Counted from the stretch's first letter, positions 41,241 through 55,335 are shown. The stretch: 64,000 bases of DNA from Eledone cirrhosa (GCA_964016885.1 OZ024742.1:251658001-251722000), one strand, 5' to 3'. Made by a program: numbers and translations. The notes: generated from the letters alone by a model not told the origin.

Positions 41241-42371
41241 AGCTCATCATCCTCTCTTCCTTTTCTTCTGTGGCCCTAGAGTCTTCTCATTTATGGCATT
41301 TATAGTCCTTTCCTCTACTTTCCCATACAGCCAGATCTGCCCTTCTTTACCTCTTCCCCTTTTTTTTCATTAATTTTGCTTCTATCATTCTTTTTCATTT
41401 ATTTGTAATCTATACAATAAATTTGATTTGCTTAATGATCTCCCCAAAATAATTTCCCTCACGTCATTGCAAGTGGCTTGTATGTCGGGTCCATGATCTT
41501 TATGTTTTTTTATCTGTTTCAGATTAACTGTTTTTTTTTCTTCTTTATTTAAGATGATTTAATGTCCTGTACCACATTAGCAAGACATTCTTGAAAAAAA
41601 CAAAACAACACTATGAATGTATCTCATTTAAAATTAACATCTTTAGTTTGCTGCAAAGTTTTAGGTTCTGTCCTCTGGTAAAGATACATTTGAATCAACA
41701 AACATGAAATCACACAAGCTAGTCATTCTTAAAAAGTACAAAATACACTATCACTGCATCATGTTAAAAATTGAAATCTTTAGTTTACTGCAAATTTCCA
41801 CAATCGTCTGTCTACTAGTAAATATACTACAAACATTTTAATTAAATATCCTTAACCCACTTATTCCCAGTAGGGTTGTTGAGGCAGAGTCCTCAAACAC
41901 ACCTTCTAGAAGCAACTGTCTTCAATTGATCTAGCTGGATCCCCAAGCGAGACCAGCTGAGATCATGGATGTTATCTAACCATCTTGCCGGTTGGTTTTG
42001 CACATAAAATCTCTCCAGTGATTCTTCCCTGAACATTCTGACCACGTCTGTTGTATCGAGGATGTGATCTCTCAATGTGGATAAGTAGCAGCTCTACCTG
42101 GAGCAACACCCTGATCTCCAAGCTATGCACTCTATTTCAGCCACTTGTTTTTATGATCGTATTCTTTCAGCCATTACCCAAGATCCCTGACTATAGGTAA
42201 AGGTTGTCTTGAATACCTAATTGAAGATAGCAAGTTTAGCTTTTACTCCTACCACCTTTCTTCTGATGACCGAATGCTGAAGCTGGCACATTACTGCACC
42301 AGCTCCTGTAATTTTTCCATTCAGCCTCCTCGTCAATCACTTGTGAAAATTAAATTAAATCTAGATATTTT

Positions 42372-42940
42372 CTGTACTTGGCAACACACTACACACTCTA
42401 CCTAGCAATGTTGTACACTGCAACACACCACACACCCTACCTAGTAATTTTGTGCACTGCAACACACCACACACCTTACCTAGAAATTTTGTGCACTGCA
42501 ATACACCACACACCTTACATAGCAATCTTGTGCACTGCAACACATCACACACCCTACCTAGCAATTTTGTACACTGCAACACATCACATACCCTACCTAG
42601 CAATTTTGTACACTGAAACACATCACACACTCTACCTAAGCAATCTTGTGCACTGCAATATATCACATGCTTTCCCTAGCAATCTTGTGCACTGCAACAC
42701 ACCACACACTCTACCTAACAATCTTGTACACTGCAACACACCACACACCCTACCTAGCAATCTTGTGCACTGCAACACACCACAAACCCTATTTAGCAAT
42801 CTTGTTGACTACAACATACCACAAGGCCTACCAAGCAATCTTGTGTACATGCCCTGCCAAGTGATCTTGTAGTGCACTGCAACACACCACAAATCCTGCC
42901 TAGTGATCTCATGCACTGTATCACACTATAAGTCTTGCCT
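42372..42940. repeat. 39-bp minisatellite, ~14 units
   Basis: Unit ctagcaatcttgtgcactgcaacacaccacacaccctac; 13-aa periodicity in the ORF track. Confidence 0.92.
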
Positions 42941-45538
42941 AGGAATTCTTAGATTGTTAAGAGAAATGGACCTGTCAACCAGCCACACATTTAAACCTCA
43001 GCTCATGAATGCACCATCATTGTCTTCATGCGCATTTTTCCACATTTGCATGAATTAAATGAATCCTACCCAGTACAGCATTTCTTTACTTCTCTCTTTC
43101 CATTATCATCTTTGTGAGGTGGAGCTTCTCGAGATCAGTTTTCACCACCACTGCCCATGTCTTCCTTCCACTTGAAACTATTAGCACTTCTTCATCCAGT
43201 GGTTATCATCCATATGCATTACATGCCTGAATCAGTGTAAACTTCTATTTAAACAGTGGCAATATTTACCAGTACAAGGTAAAAATATTTGTGATAATGG
43301 GCATGCCTGATTGACTCAGAGGTTGGATGAGAGATCATACATTATGCAGCAGCTATTGTTGAAGAGTACCAGACATATTAAAGAATCACATCTTCAGCAC
43401 TATGTAACAAAATTTCAATCAATGATCTGGATGCTGTTCTAGTATCACAAATCAAATCCACACTGCGATTTACAGAACCCTGATGGGGAATGGAGTTAGA
43501 TTTGAAATGTCAACTATTTTATTAAAACGTAAACACACTATTGAATATCTATTCTTCTCAGAGTATAAACCTCTCTCAATTGTTATTCTCACTGTATAAC
43601 AATTTCAAGTATTTTGTTAAAATCAAAATATACATATGCTACTGAGCTGTAAGAATAAACATTTCTCTCTTAATTGGGATTCTCACTATAATAATTTCAA
43701 GTATTTTGTGAAAAACATATGCACATGCTATTGTGTGTCTATTCTTTAAGTATAAACATTTCTTTCTTTTGATTGTTATTGTCATTGTATAACATCTGGT
43801 GGATAGTAATTGTAGTAGAGAGTGGAGTATTACCTGAAAGACATTTGATCATAGGTCTGCTCAGGACTGAACTGGAGCTAAACACCACCACCAGATGCTG
43901 AAAGCACAGCAGGTCCACAAAATATGACAGAACATGATCTGTTAAAATGATTAACACCTCTATTACTGTAGAGAGTGAAAAAGACAGACCAACACTATCT
44001 GCTAGAATTATTAACACCCTATTCATTAAAATTAAAATAAATAATTCACACAGCTTACAAAATAAAGATAATCCCAGATGGCTCTTCAACTAACAATTAT
44101 AAATGCCATCACACTGGATCTCCTGTAAAAAAAAACATGCCAAAAAGATTACTTATTTCATGTCTGTTTAGCATGCTGGTATGGGTTGGATGAGTTGTTA
44201 GTCTGACTAGACTGGTCAGAGAACCACATCTTGCTCATACATTCCATATTTTGGCATGGTTTCCACTCTTCCTAATGTCAACCACTTTGTAGGGTGCACT
44301 GAGTGCATTTTTTATTGTTACACCAACACTACCATTTTACCGAGTGTACTGAGTGCATTTCAATGAAAACCCATAATTGATTATACACGGCTAATGCCAA
44401 GTCAGTAATGCACACTAGTGGGGTAACCCCATGGAAATATCAGGCCATATGTGAAAACCTTTCAACCATCTACTGACTGCAGTCTCTCCTTTCAGATGAA
44501 GAAAACTGACATTAAATAACAACTCACCCATCATTGGACACCCCTACTTTTCCAAGACAGGAATAAAACTTAAGGGCTATCACTTTCAATGCTGCTACCA
44601 TGTAAGGTAAGTAAGTCTGGGGGGGATTGTAGAGATGCTGGAGCAGAGAAACAATTACATTAAACAATATTTGGATAAAAACTGTTTTCAGTGGTGAATC
44701 AACTTTAAAAAAAATAATTTTGACTGTCCAAAATATACCCTCAAACAAATAATATAGTTTTAAAATTTTAATTTACATATAACAGAATATTTTATAGGTT
44801 TTGGTGATAGGATTTTACATGAATTTCTCAGTTATTTCTTCTTTTTAAAAATAATATTTTCCACAAATCATCTCAATATTTTCCTTGTACGTTTAACAGG
44901 GTTTTTGAATAAAAATATTTTCCCAAAAATTTCACAACTGTATGGTTTCAACAGCTTTTTTTCCCCCAATCACCATTAATAAGATTGTGTCACTCTGTGC
45001 ACACTTATTCCTGGGAGACTCGTGAGGGTAGAGTCCTCAAGCATGCCTTCCAGTGGGTCCTGTCTGGAGCAACTGCCTCCAATTGATCTAGCTGGATCTC
45101 CAAGCAAGACCAGCCAAGCTCATAGATGTTTTCCAACAATCTTGCTTGGGGACTCCTGCCAGTTGGTTTTGCCCATAAAATATGTCCATCACAAATATTG
45201 GCGAATAGATCTTTCCCCAGGGTGCATTTGTAAATTAAAAGACTACAATGATTTCCAACCTATTTCACATTGATAATTTTTTTCTCCAATCTGTATTCAG
45301 CTGTGGCTTACAAGTGTAGACATACTTCATAAAGGACTTGCACATTATCACATTGATATAATTTTTTTTTTTTTTGTACTTAATTACAATTTTATAATTC
45401 CCAAATAAGGATATCGAAAATATTTTAGTGAAGGGTTTTTCTCAAAGAATAACATATTTGTAAACTACAAGATGAGAAATCAAAGAGAATGTTCTTCGAT
45501 GTTGGCAGATGATAAGTTTATATTTACAAGAGATGTTC

Positions 45539-47347
45539 TCATGTTTCACAGTTAAAAGTCTTCTCTCCAGTGTGTATTCGTGTGTGTCTTTTTAAGTAAT
45601 CCTTACAGACAAAGGATTTTTCACATATTTCACAGTGAAATGGTTTTTCACCAGTGTGACTACGTATATGGATAACTAGATTTGCATTATTAACAAAAGA
45701 TTTCCCACAGATTTCACACTGAAACGGTTTTTCTCCAGTGTGTATTCTCTTATGCACTGTTAAGAGTCCATTAGCAATAAATGATTTTCCACAGATTTCA
45801 CAATGGAAGGGCTTTTCTCCAGTGTGTCTAATTTTGTGTGTCTTTAAGAGACTGTTAGTGATAAAACATTTCCCACATATTTCACAATGGAAAGGTTTTT
45901 CTCCAGTGTGTATTCTTTTGTGTGTTGTTAAGTGACCACTAGTGATAAAAGACTTCCCACATATTTCACAGTGGAAGGGTTTTTCTCCAGTGTGCATTCT
46001 TTTGTGTGTCTGTAAGAGTCCATTAGTAATAAATGATTTTCCACAAGTCTCACAGGGGAAGGGTTTTTCTCCAGAGTGTGTTATTTTGTGGGTTTTTAAG
46101 AGACCACTTGTGATAAAAGATTTCCCACACATTTCACAGTGGAATGGTTTTTCTCCAGTGTGTATTCTTTTGTGACTTGTTAAATAACTGTTAGAGACAA
46201 AAGATTTCCCACACATTTCACAATGGTGAGGTTTTTCACCAGTATGTATTCTTTTGTGAACTACAAGATGAGAATTATCAATGAATGATTTCCCACATAT
46301 TTCACAATGAAATGGTTTGTCTCCTGTGTGGATTCTTTTGTGTCTGTTTAAATCACAATTGTTAATAAAGGATTTCCCACATATTTCACAGCAATATGGC
46401 TGCTCTCCTGTGTGTATACGTATATGGATTGTAAGCTTAGAATTAGAAACAAAGGATTCTCCACATAGTTCACAGTGATATGGTTGTTCTCCAGTGTGAC
46501 TACGAATGTGGACTGTAAGCTTAGAATTAGAGATAAAAGATTTACCACATATTTCACAGTGATATGGTTTTTCTCCAGTGTGTATTCTTTTGTGAACTAC
46601 AAGACTAGAATTAACAGAGAATGATTTTCCACATATTTCACAGTGAAACGGATTTTCTCCAGTGTGTGTTATTTTGTGTGTTTTTAAGAGGCCATTTGTA
46701 ATATATGATTTCCCACAAATTTCACAATGAAAGGGTTTTTCTCCAGTATGTCTACGTTTGTGTATAACAAGATTTGCATTCTGAGCAAAAAATTTCCCAC
46801 ATATTTCACAGTGAAACAGTTTTTCTCCAGTGTGTATTCTTATATGTGCTGTTAATTTAGTATTAGTGATAAATGATTTCCCACATATTTCACAATGACA
46901 AGGTTTTTCTCCAGTGTGTATTTTTTTGTGTCTGTTTAAATCACTATTATTGACGAAAGATTTCCCACATATTTCGCAAGAATAAGGTTTTTCTCCAGTG
47001 TGTATTCTTTTATGTATGGTTAAATTACTATTCTGGACAAAGGATTTCCCACATATTTCACAACTGAAAGGCTTTTCTCCAGTGTGTATTCGTTTGTGAC
47101 TTATTAAATTACAGTTATATACAAAAGATTTCCCACATATTTCACAGTGAAAGGGTTTTTTCCTCTCATGTATTTCTTTGTGTGTGAAGAGTTTATGTCC
47201 TGATGAGAAAGTTTTCCTACAAACCTCACAGCGATATTCAGATATATTTTTAATAAATGTTTTACTATGTAAAGGTTTCTCACCACTGTGTGTTTGTGTA
47301 TCTGAATCTGTATTGTTAGAAGTGTTCAAATGATTAACGTCCTCCAT
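45539..47347 (-). CDS. Poly-C2H2 (Kruppel-type) zinc-finger protein, 602 aa, 20 tandem fingers, single coding exon, no recognisable effector domain
   Basis: Intact ORF with 20 CxxC-x12-HxxxH units joined by TGEKP-type linkers. Confidence 0.95.
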   Translation of the reverse strand: MEDVNHLNTSNNTDSDTQTHSGEKPLHSKTFIKNISEYRCEVCRKTFSSGHKLFTHKEIHERKKPFHCEICGKSFVYNCNLISHKRIHTGEKPFSCEICGKSFVQNSNLTIHKRIHTGEKPYSCEICGKSFVNNSDLNRHKKIHTGEKPCHCEICGKSFITNTKLTAHIRIHTGEKLFHCEICGKFFAQNANLVIHKRRHTGEKPFHCEICGKSYITNGLLKTHKITHTGENPFHCEICGKSFSVNSSLVVHKRIHTGEKPYHCEICGKSFISNSKLTVHIRSHTGEQPYHCELCGESFVSNSKLTIHIRIHTGEQPYCCEICGKSFINNCDLNRHKRIHTGDKPFHCEICGKSFIDNSHLVVHKRIHTGEKPHHCEMCGKSFVSNSYLTSHKRIHTGEKPFHCEMCGKSFITSGLLKTHKITHSGEKPFPCETCGKSFITNGLLQTHKRMHTGEKPFHCEICGKSFITSGHLTTHKRIHTGEKPFHCEICGKCFITNSLLKTHKIRHTGEKPFHCEICGKSFIANGLLTVHKRIHTGEKPFQCEICGKSFVNNANLVIHIRSHTGEKPFHCEICEKSFVCKDYLKRHTRIHTGEKTFNCET

Positions 47348-49484
47348 AGTAATTCTTAGCCAATTCCTAAAATCTAAGATATGTCTGTTATTATTACTTT
47401 GGTTCAGTTTCTTGAAGTATAATATATTATGGTTCAGTTTCTTATCTTAAATATACTGAGGTTCTGATTTCAAATGTGGAAAATAGGCAATGTGGATACA
47501 TTTTCTAATTACCTGCAAATAATATTAAGCACTGACTGGGTTTTCTCCATATAACATACACACGTTATTGATGAGAGAATGATTTCTATTTCGATGTGAG
47601 TTGGATTAATAGATGGTATGTCAGCTAAAAAAAAAACACAGAACAGCTATAATTAACTAATAGATATGGTTATAGTGAAGCGTGTGAAAAGCAAGAAAAT
47701 ATATGAAAGTATATGACGAATGTGGGGGGAAAAGAGAATGCGTGTATATATATATATATCCCCACACACACACACCACACTCTCACTAAGCGTGAAACTA
47801 ATACTATATGTAACTTGTACTCCTGCGTTGTTGTTTTTTGTATTCCGAAATATATATATATACATAATGGATGTTTGAGAGAGAAAGAAAGATGTTCTGG
47901 CAAATGATGTGTATATGTATATATTTGTGTGCATGTAGTTCAAATACCAAACCAAGATTATAAAGAATAATAGTGGAGGAGTGCACAGTTTGTGGTGCAA
48001 ATGCAATAAAACAAAATACAAATAATAATAAGAATAATTACTTTTGGTTTGAAAGCCAATTGTAAAGTGAAGAAAGGACCAAGAAAGCTTTTCTTTCATT
48101 GGTCGGCGATTAAAACCTATTTTCCTGTTCTGAAACTACCAAATCACCATGTAACGAAGTTTTTAGACGAAATGAAATATTCCATCGCACGGGTGATAGA
48201 ACATCCACCCTGAATCAGGTAGGTCGCACTATGTTATCGACATACATTAATTCATGATCTAATCTAATTTTGTAGTAATTCACACATACGATAATTACTA
48301 CAACATTAGATTAGATCATGTAAGCGGTGTCATGGACAGTTTTTCCCTTAAATAAAATGACACCGGTGACAAAGTAGGGCTTCTTAAACTGGTCCATAAA
48401 GCTGCCTAATGATGAATAAAACCTAATGAGTCACCGAAGGGGGGGGCGGCGAAATTACTAGTTTGCATTTATTAATACTTTCATAATAAGAGAACAAAAA
48501 TCGCTAGTTCATATATACTATAGCTGCCGGATTATCGTACACATACAAGAATGTCTGATGAGTACGAAGACCACGAATGAACGATCCGGCTTTGACCAAA
48601 ACAATTCAGCACATCCATCCTTCCCATAAAAAAAATAATTCTAGTATTAATGTGTTTGCTTTTATAGTTTACTGATTCTGGCACTACAACGCTATTAGCT
48701 GTCAGTCGAAGCAGCCGATGAAAGCAAAACATCGTTTATTTCACGTAAGTGGAGTTACTTAAATGAAATTTTTGTATTTTTTTTCACGCGTTTTTTTATT
48801 TTTTTTTTTATTAAAGCATATAGATGTAAGTGGAGTTACTTAAATGAAAATATAGGTGGTCCTTAAAAGGGCCAAATTAGAATATACCGCTGCGTTTTTA
48901 CAGTTTTACTAGTTACACATACAAACACACACACATATATATATACACACGGTGTCCCCTCCAAAATATATACAAACTTTGATTACTTTGATTACATTTT
49001 TTGGGACACTGTGTTTGTATATATATATATATATTGGGGGAAGGGAGAAATTTAGGGATGCTATACCTGACATAATAAAAAATCAAAATACACCCCTAAC
49101 ATTTGTCGGAATATCAATCACGAGAGTAGATAAATAAATATATAAATACATAAATAAGAAATGATAGAAAAGGAAAAGAAAATCCCTACATTATGTAATA
49201 TTCCCAGTCACCCCTAAATTTCAAAACCGGGAGGGAAAAGTCCGAGGGTTAAAATCCCAAATGATGGTACCTCAAATACTAGTGTATCCCTTCGCATTAC
49301 AGTTTAAAACAATACATATGATCGCTTTGATGACTCTTATTCGTTTCTAAGGGTCTCGTTTTTTTCTCTTCTTTCTATCATATATATATATATATATATA
49401 TAAATCTTTCCCTCTGTCTATCTCTTTCCCTCCCTGTCTATCTTTTGCCATAAAAACGATAATGATAATCAATTCAATTAAGAA

Positions 49485-49516
<32 letters not shown>

Positions 49517-49540
49517 AGTATTATTATTAAAATTAAATAC

Positions 49541-49631
49541 CATTTATTCTGCGGCAAAGAGCTTCATCTTCTCCATCATTCGCTCCTCCAGAATCGTAGT
49601 ACTGGTCGTTATTGTATGTGTGTGTTTCTGC

Positions 49632-49670
<39 letters not shown>

Positions 49671-49930
49671 GTGTGTTGTGTTTGTGTGTATATGTATATA
49701 TGTTTGCGATCGCCCTTCGTGGGGAGAATGCTGTGTACGTATTCACATATTTAGAGGTAATATCACGTGACAAATCACATTATTCTTTCAAAAGGAAAAG
49801 TTTGGCGCCATTTTTCTTTTAAAAGAAAAAGTTTAGCGCCAAAATTCTCTTAGTGTTGTCTGAAGCTGAGGAACCGGGGTTATTCCATTTCTGTCAACAA
49901 CTTACTGGCGAAACAGATCTCTTTGGATTT
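49541..49930. promoter_or_regulatory. Probable bidirectional promoter with divergent non-coding first exons
   Basis: Local CpG enrichment. TCACGTGA E-box at 49763-49770. Inverted E2F-like TTTGGCGC sites at 49801-49808 and 49836-49843, and a YY1-like CGCCATTTT. Minus-strand donor AATG|GTATTT at 49541/49540 could splice to a poly-T+AG acceptor at 47625/47624 upstream of the ZNF ATG. Plus-strand donor TTT|GTACGT at 49930/49931. Confidence 0.5.
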
Positions 49931-50314
49931 GTACGTGTGTTATATAGTTATAGAGGTATTTATTTACGCTTTAATTTATATTTTTAATTATCGTGTCTAT
50001 AGTCTGCCTTTCATTGATTATAGATTCCATACACTGGTGGTTTTCCCCTGTTTTATTGATAGCGCACTGTATATATCTGTCTAGTGTGTTACCTTTTCAA
50101 CATATTGTATTTTAAAGAGCTCGGGATTTCTTCTCATTTGAGCACATTATTTACAAGGAATGGCGAGGGTCTATGGCTCCGTTAATTTATCGTGATATTT
50201 CGCTCCTTATAACAGTCTTTCCTATCCCTCTGTTTGGTTGAGCACACTTCTCTGAGTGGTTTTGGGCTGCCCTTTCTAGCAGCTCGTCCCTCAGAGGCCA
50301 CTGGTTCACTGCAC

Positions 50315-50615
50315 ATCGTCCTTATTAAAGCAGTGGTTAGCTTTGTTGACCCCATGACAAGCTTCTCTAGTTTTCCAAGATCATCTGTATCATCCTTATT
50401 AAAGCAATGGTCAGCTTTACGGACCCCATGACAAGCTTCTCTAGTTTTCCAAGATCATCTGTATCATCCTTATTAAAGCAGTGGTTAGCTTTACGGACCC
50501 CACGAGAAGCTTCTCGAGTTTTCCAAGATCATTTGTATTATCCTTATTAAAGCAGTGGTTAGACTTTACGGACCCCATGACAAGCTTCTCTTGTTTTTCC
50601 AGATCATTTGTATCT
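50315..50615. repeat. ~75-bp tandem repeat, ~4 units
   Basis: atccttattaaagcagtggttagctttacggaccccatgacaagcttctctagttttccaagatcatctgtatc. Confidence 0.9.
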
Positions 50616-51109
50616 CTTTTCACCAAATTTCTGTTGGTCATAAGAAGGGCATAACCATAATATTACATCCAATTATCTCCGTTAAAAATACTTAATTAGA
50701 GCAACTGTTTTCTAAGATGGGACAGGGGACACATTTCATATACATTCCTGTCAGTTTTGGCATGGTTTCTACAGCTAGATACTCTTTCTAGTACCAACTA
50801 CTTTGGTTGGTATTAGAAAGGGTATCTAGCTCAACCTACACTATATTGTTATGATTCAATACAAACATTTATCAAGCCAGTAAAATCATACCAAAACTAT
50901 GTCAAAACATGTTATATTTGGAAAAATTGAAAGATCTGAAGAAAAAAAAAATAGGTTTCATGTATTTGTTCTAATTAGGCAAGATTCTATTCCTTGAAAC
51001 TTGAATATTTGTAAATAAATTCTCCAGAAATAAAGTCACACTCTAATTATATTCAGTACCGAATATACTTCCATTTTTTATTGATAAAACATTGAGGAAT
51101 ACAGTTTAC

Positions 51110-51995
51110 TTAACCCTTTAGCATATAAACCAGCTGTATCTGACCAGAATTCGCTCATCTTTTTCTGTTCAAACCGGTTGTAGCCAGCTGCTCATACTGA
51201 TGTTAAGGTATTATTCTCAACATAAATAATATCAAAATCTCAGATTCGATATTATGTGAGATAATTATGTGAGGTAAAGCCTTTACCATGAAAATATAAT
51301 AGTAAATATAGAGTAATGTAAATGCTAAAGGGTTAACCCTGTAGCATTTAAACTGGCCGTATCTGGCCAGAATTCTCTCACCTCTTTCTGTTCAAACCAG
51401 CTGTAACTGGCCACTTGTATTTATGCTAAGGTATTGTTCTCAAAATAAATAATATCAAAATCTCATAGATTTGATATAATGTTAGATAAAAATACAAGAG
51501 TATATATAGAGTAATGTAAATGCTAAAGGTTAAATCCTTTCATTACCAGGAGAGATACTGCTTATGAGTTTCAAATAATTTCGAAATTTATGAAGACTTT
51601 TGAGTGTTTTAGTAATATAACTAACTTTCTCATAATTAAACTGGTATTTGGAACATAACTTAACGAAGATTCTTAAAATATGGTGGAAGATTTTTAGGTA
51701 GATAAACCCTTTTGTTTCCATATTTCTAATGAAAGACACTGTTTATGTTTCGAATAATCTTTATAAATAATCAAGAATTTGAAGTGATTTAACTAACTTT
51801 TTCATAATTAAGCTGGTGTTTGGAATATAATTTAACCCTTTAGCATTTAAACTGGCTGTATCCGGCCAGAATTCTCTCAGCTCTTTCTGTTCAGACCGGC
51901 CATAACTAGCTACTCATACTGATGTTAAGGTATTGTTCTCAAAATAAATAATATCAAAATATCATAGACTCGATATTATGTGAGATAAAGCCTTT
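51110..51995. mobile_element. Cluster of three TTAA MITEs (51110-51336, 51333-51533 sharing one TTAA; 51832-51995 truncated)
   Basis: TTAACCCT(T/G)TAGCAT...ATGCTAAAGG(G)TTAA termini; same family as 3666-3869 in reverse orientation. Confidence 0.8.
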
Positions 51996-52014
51996 AGTGT
52001 GTTACCTTTTCAAC

Positions 52015-52141
<127 letters not shown>

Positions 52142-52172
52142 CAATAATCAAAGTTCAGTTTAAATCATTTAT

Positions 52173-52221
52173 TTGCTTACAATTGTTTCCTCCAAAACGA
52201 GGTTTGGATTCTTCGGAGCAA
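52173..52221 (-). ncRNA. Hammerhead ribozyme (inverted copy of 55336-55384)
   Basis: Identical except for one stem II substitution next to the loop. Confidence 0.78.
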
Positions 52222-53994
52222 CTATTTAGTGATCTATAACATACTTGACCTCCTTTTCAACACAAGAGACATATAAAAACATATGCATATATTGACCCAC
52301 AGTGGGATGACATCCATCATAATGATATAGCATGGCAATTTACATATAAAGGTTAAAGAATAAAAATAAAAATAAAAATAAAAATAAAAATAAAAATGAA
52401 ACATTGGCAGTTTATGAAGATAAAGCAAGAGGAAAGTTTAGAGAATTCAGTGTATGAAACAATCTCACGCGTAGCATGCATGCGTGTCTTATTTATACAG
52501 GATTAGAGTGCGGCAGATTGTTACTTGTAGGATCAGGCAGTTAAAGCATGCAATCGATAGTATAATGCTGGCTGTATTGTTAAATCATTTTTTCGCATAC
52601 ACCTGTATGATATACAATCCAGAATGTAGAGAAACACCAAAATATCAAACATATTATAAAACATATTATAACATAGGCAAAACAGTACCACTATCTTCGC
52701 GCACACCACCACTCACATAATCCATGAAACGCAATATATAGACTACAGGTCTATCATACAATCCACGATGGATCAGCATAGAACCAAGTTATAAACCATA
52801 TCTTGTCGATTTTTAATTAATAGATCATGTTTAGTTTTGTGAGATGATATTATATTCCGGAAGTGTGTGTGAGACCAAGGGGAGTTAATGCGTAAGGGGA
52901 GGTAACTAGCTGATTTTCTTAGTTAAATTTATTATCCTAAATTACATTAATGGTGTTTCAAATAAGTGCCTATCATATGATGTTATAACTAATTTCTAGA
53001 TTAAGTTACTTATCTATAGGTTACAGTGTTGTCTATTAAGAAGTACTAAAGGTGTATATATCAGGATGATTACCTTCTATTAGGGAGTGTCATATCTGAA
53101 CATTCTATAAGAAGAGTCAGACCTCCAAATCAATGTTATTTGTAAGTGTATTCCACCCGCAGAACCTGGCAGGGTCTTATTATTATATATGACTCCCGGT
53201 AAGCTCTGGGTCATTGTATGTTCGAATCCTTGGCAAATTAAAATATATCGGGGGGGGGGGTCAGGAGATCAATTCTCTCATATAAAGACACTAGTCTGGC
53301 CATCAAGCAATACATAAACTCCCATCTCATATATAAATTAAATTAGGTTTCTTATCTATAAATTAGAGTGCAGTCTATTAATAAGTACTAAAGGAGTTCA
53401 TATCATGATGATTACAATCCAATATGGAGTGCCACACCTGAACAATCTATAAGAAGAGTCAGACATTAAAATCAATTATATGTATAAGGGTCTTATTACT
53501 ATATAAGACTCCCGGTAAGTTCCGGGTCATTGTATGACTGAATCCCTGGTAAATTCAAATATCACCAGGGTGGTCCGGGGACCAGTTCTCCCATCAAAAG
53601 ACACTAATCTGGTCGTCAAGCAATATAGAAACTCCTAACTCATATATCACCTGTGCATAATTTATTGTACTCATCGTATAGAATATATAGTCACTTAATA
53701 ATAAATTAATTATTAATCATCCATCAATCTCATGGTGGCACTCCATGCACAGGATTATGTTAGCACAACCAATAGTGTCTACAGTTTATATTAATCACAT
53801 ATTTGGGCAATGCAGTTTAAGTAATCCAAGGCCAAGGTATCAGAATTAGAAGTACATGGGGGTATCTCCAGGGTAGATGGTACTATAAGGTTGCCACTAT
53901 TAGCTTTAGAGTATATAAATGGGTGTGGAGGTGAGGTGTAAGGTGTGCCACTATGCTAATTTCTAGGGGTGGAGACGGTTCCAGTCTGACATTG

Positions 53995-54945
53995 TTATAT
54001 ATAGGGTTTAAAGTTTTGGAAAGAGTGTCGGAAGCGGTGTTGGCAAGATGCGAACACTTCTGATTTTTTATTAAGGAGATTATGGTTAGAGAAGATGATA
54101 GTATGGGTCTCTAGTAGACAGAGGTTACAAAATGTATTAGGTGGTTTGTACGATGTTGCACTACCTACCACTTCCCATTTAAGTGTATATAGTTTATTTT
54201 TAGTTTTTAGATAGTGTATGTAGCTAGATAGTGAAGTGGAGTTGGCTAGACTGTGTTTTTTGAAAGAGTGGAGGTGCGAATTGTATCTAGTTTTGAAGCA
54301 GTTAGAAGTAGAGCCTATATAGGTTTCAGAAGAGGTGTTAGTTGTGACTGTACATGAGTATATGATATCCTTGGTTAAGCATTTTTTATCTAAAGGGCAG
54401 GTTCTATTTGATCTACAGTTACAATTATTCTGGGTGTTAGTCTGCCGGTTAATATGCTGTGTAGAAGTCTGGATGTTAGCTATAAGGTTATGGTTATGTG
54501 GGTTGTCGTTCTCAGCGTTATTGTTTACACTAGTACTATTACTATTATTTCTATTGATATTAGGGTTAGTTGCTATAATGTTATTTTGAATGTTATTTTG
54601 AAGGTTTATCGTCTGTTGTGATTTAGTTTGTTGGAAATAAGAATTAATTTTTCTTTTATTGCTACTAGCTATGTGGTATGCTAAGTTATGCGTAGTAGAG
54701 TATGAGATTTTAATAGTGTTTTTGTTTAAAAGGCTATGGTACTTGTGGCTGGATGGGAAGTTTTTATCTAGTAGTGAGAAGAAAGCCTTAGGTAGGTTGG
54801 TAGAGACGTTTAGATTGAAAGGAGGGTAGAAAAATGTATTATTTCTTCTTCTATTTTTGTTTTTTATGTCTGGTGATTTGTTTCCTTTTATGTTACTATG
54901 GTAATTACTGTGGTGTGGGTTACTTTTGTTGTTATCTTTTGTTGC
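53995..54945 (-). pseudogene. PLE C-terminal half (thumb, Asn-rich linker, Cys motif, GIY-YIG endonuclease); ~316 stop-free codons lacking a start
   Basis: Hand translation: RRRNNTFFYPPFNLNVSTN...LLDKNFPSSHKY...TIKISYS...CNCRSNRTCPLDKKCLTKDIIYSCTV...TYIGSTSNCFKTRYNSH...CNLCLLE...LNKKSE...CQHR*. Absent from the ORF track because it has no start codon. Confidence 0.88.
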
Positions 54946-55335
54946 ACTCTAATCCTGTATAAATAAGACACGCATGCATGCTACGCGTGAGATTGTTTCA
55001 TACACTGACTTCTCTAAACTTTCCTCTTGCTTTATCTTCATAAACTGCCAATGTTTCATTTTTATTTTTATTTTTATTTTTATTTTTATTTTTATTTTTA
55101 TTTTTATTTTTATTTTTATTTTTATTTTTATTTTTATTTTTATTTTTATTTTTATTTTTATTTTTATTTTTATTTTTATTTTTATTTTTATTTTTATTCT
55201 TTAACCTTTAAATGTAAATTGCCATGCTATATTATTATGATGGATGTCATACCACTGTGGGTCAATATATGCATATGTTTTTATATGTCTCTTGTGTTGA
55301 AAAGGAGGTCAAGTATGTTATAGATCACTAAATAG

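Noticed and set aside
42361-42940. CRISPR-like or repeat-protein reading of the 39-bp array
   Set aside because: Units are contiguous with no unique spacers, the context is eukaryotic and there are no splice signals; it is a minisatellite.
48550-48590. CTGATGA-GTAC-GAA possible hammerhead
   Set aside because: No A15.1-U16.1 stem III and no complementary stem I.
50315-50615. CRISPR-like array
   Set aside because: Whole-unit tandem repeat without variable spacers and no cas genes.
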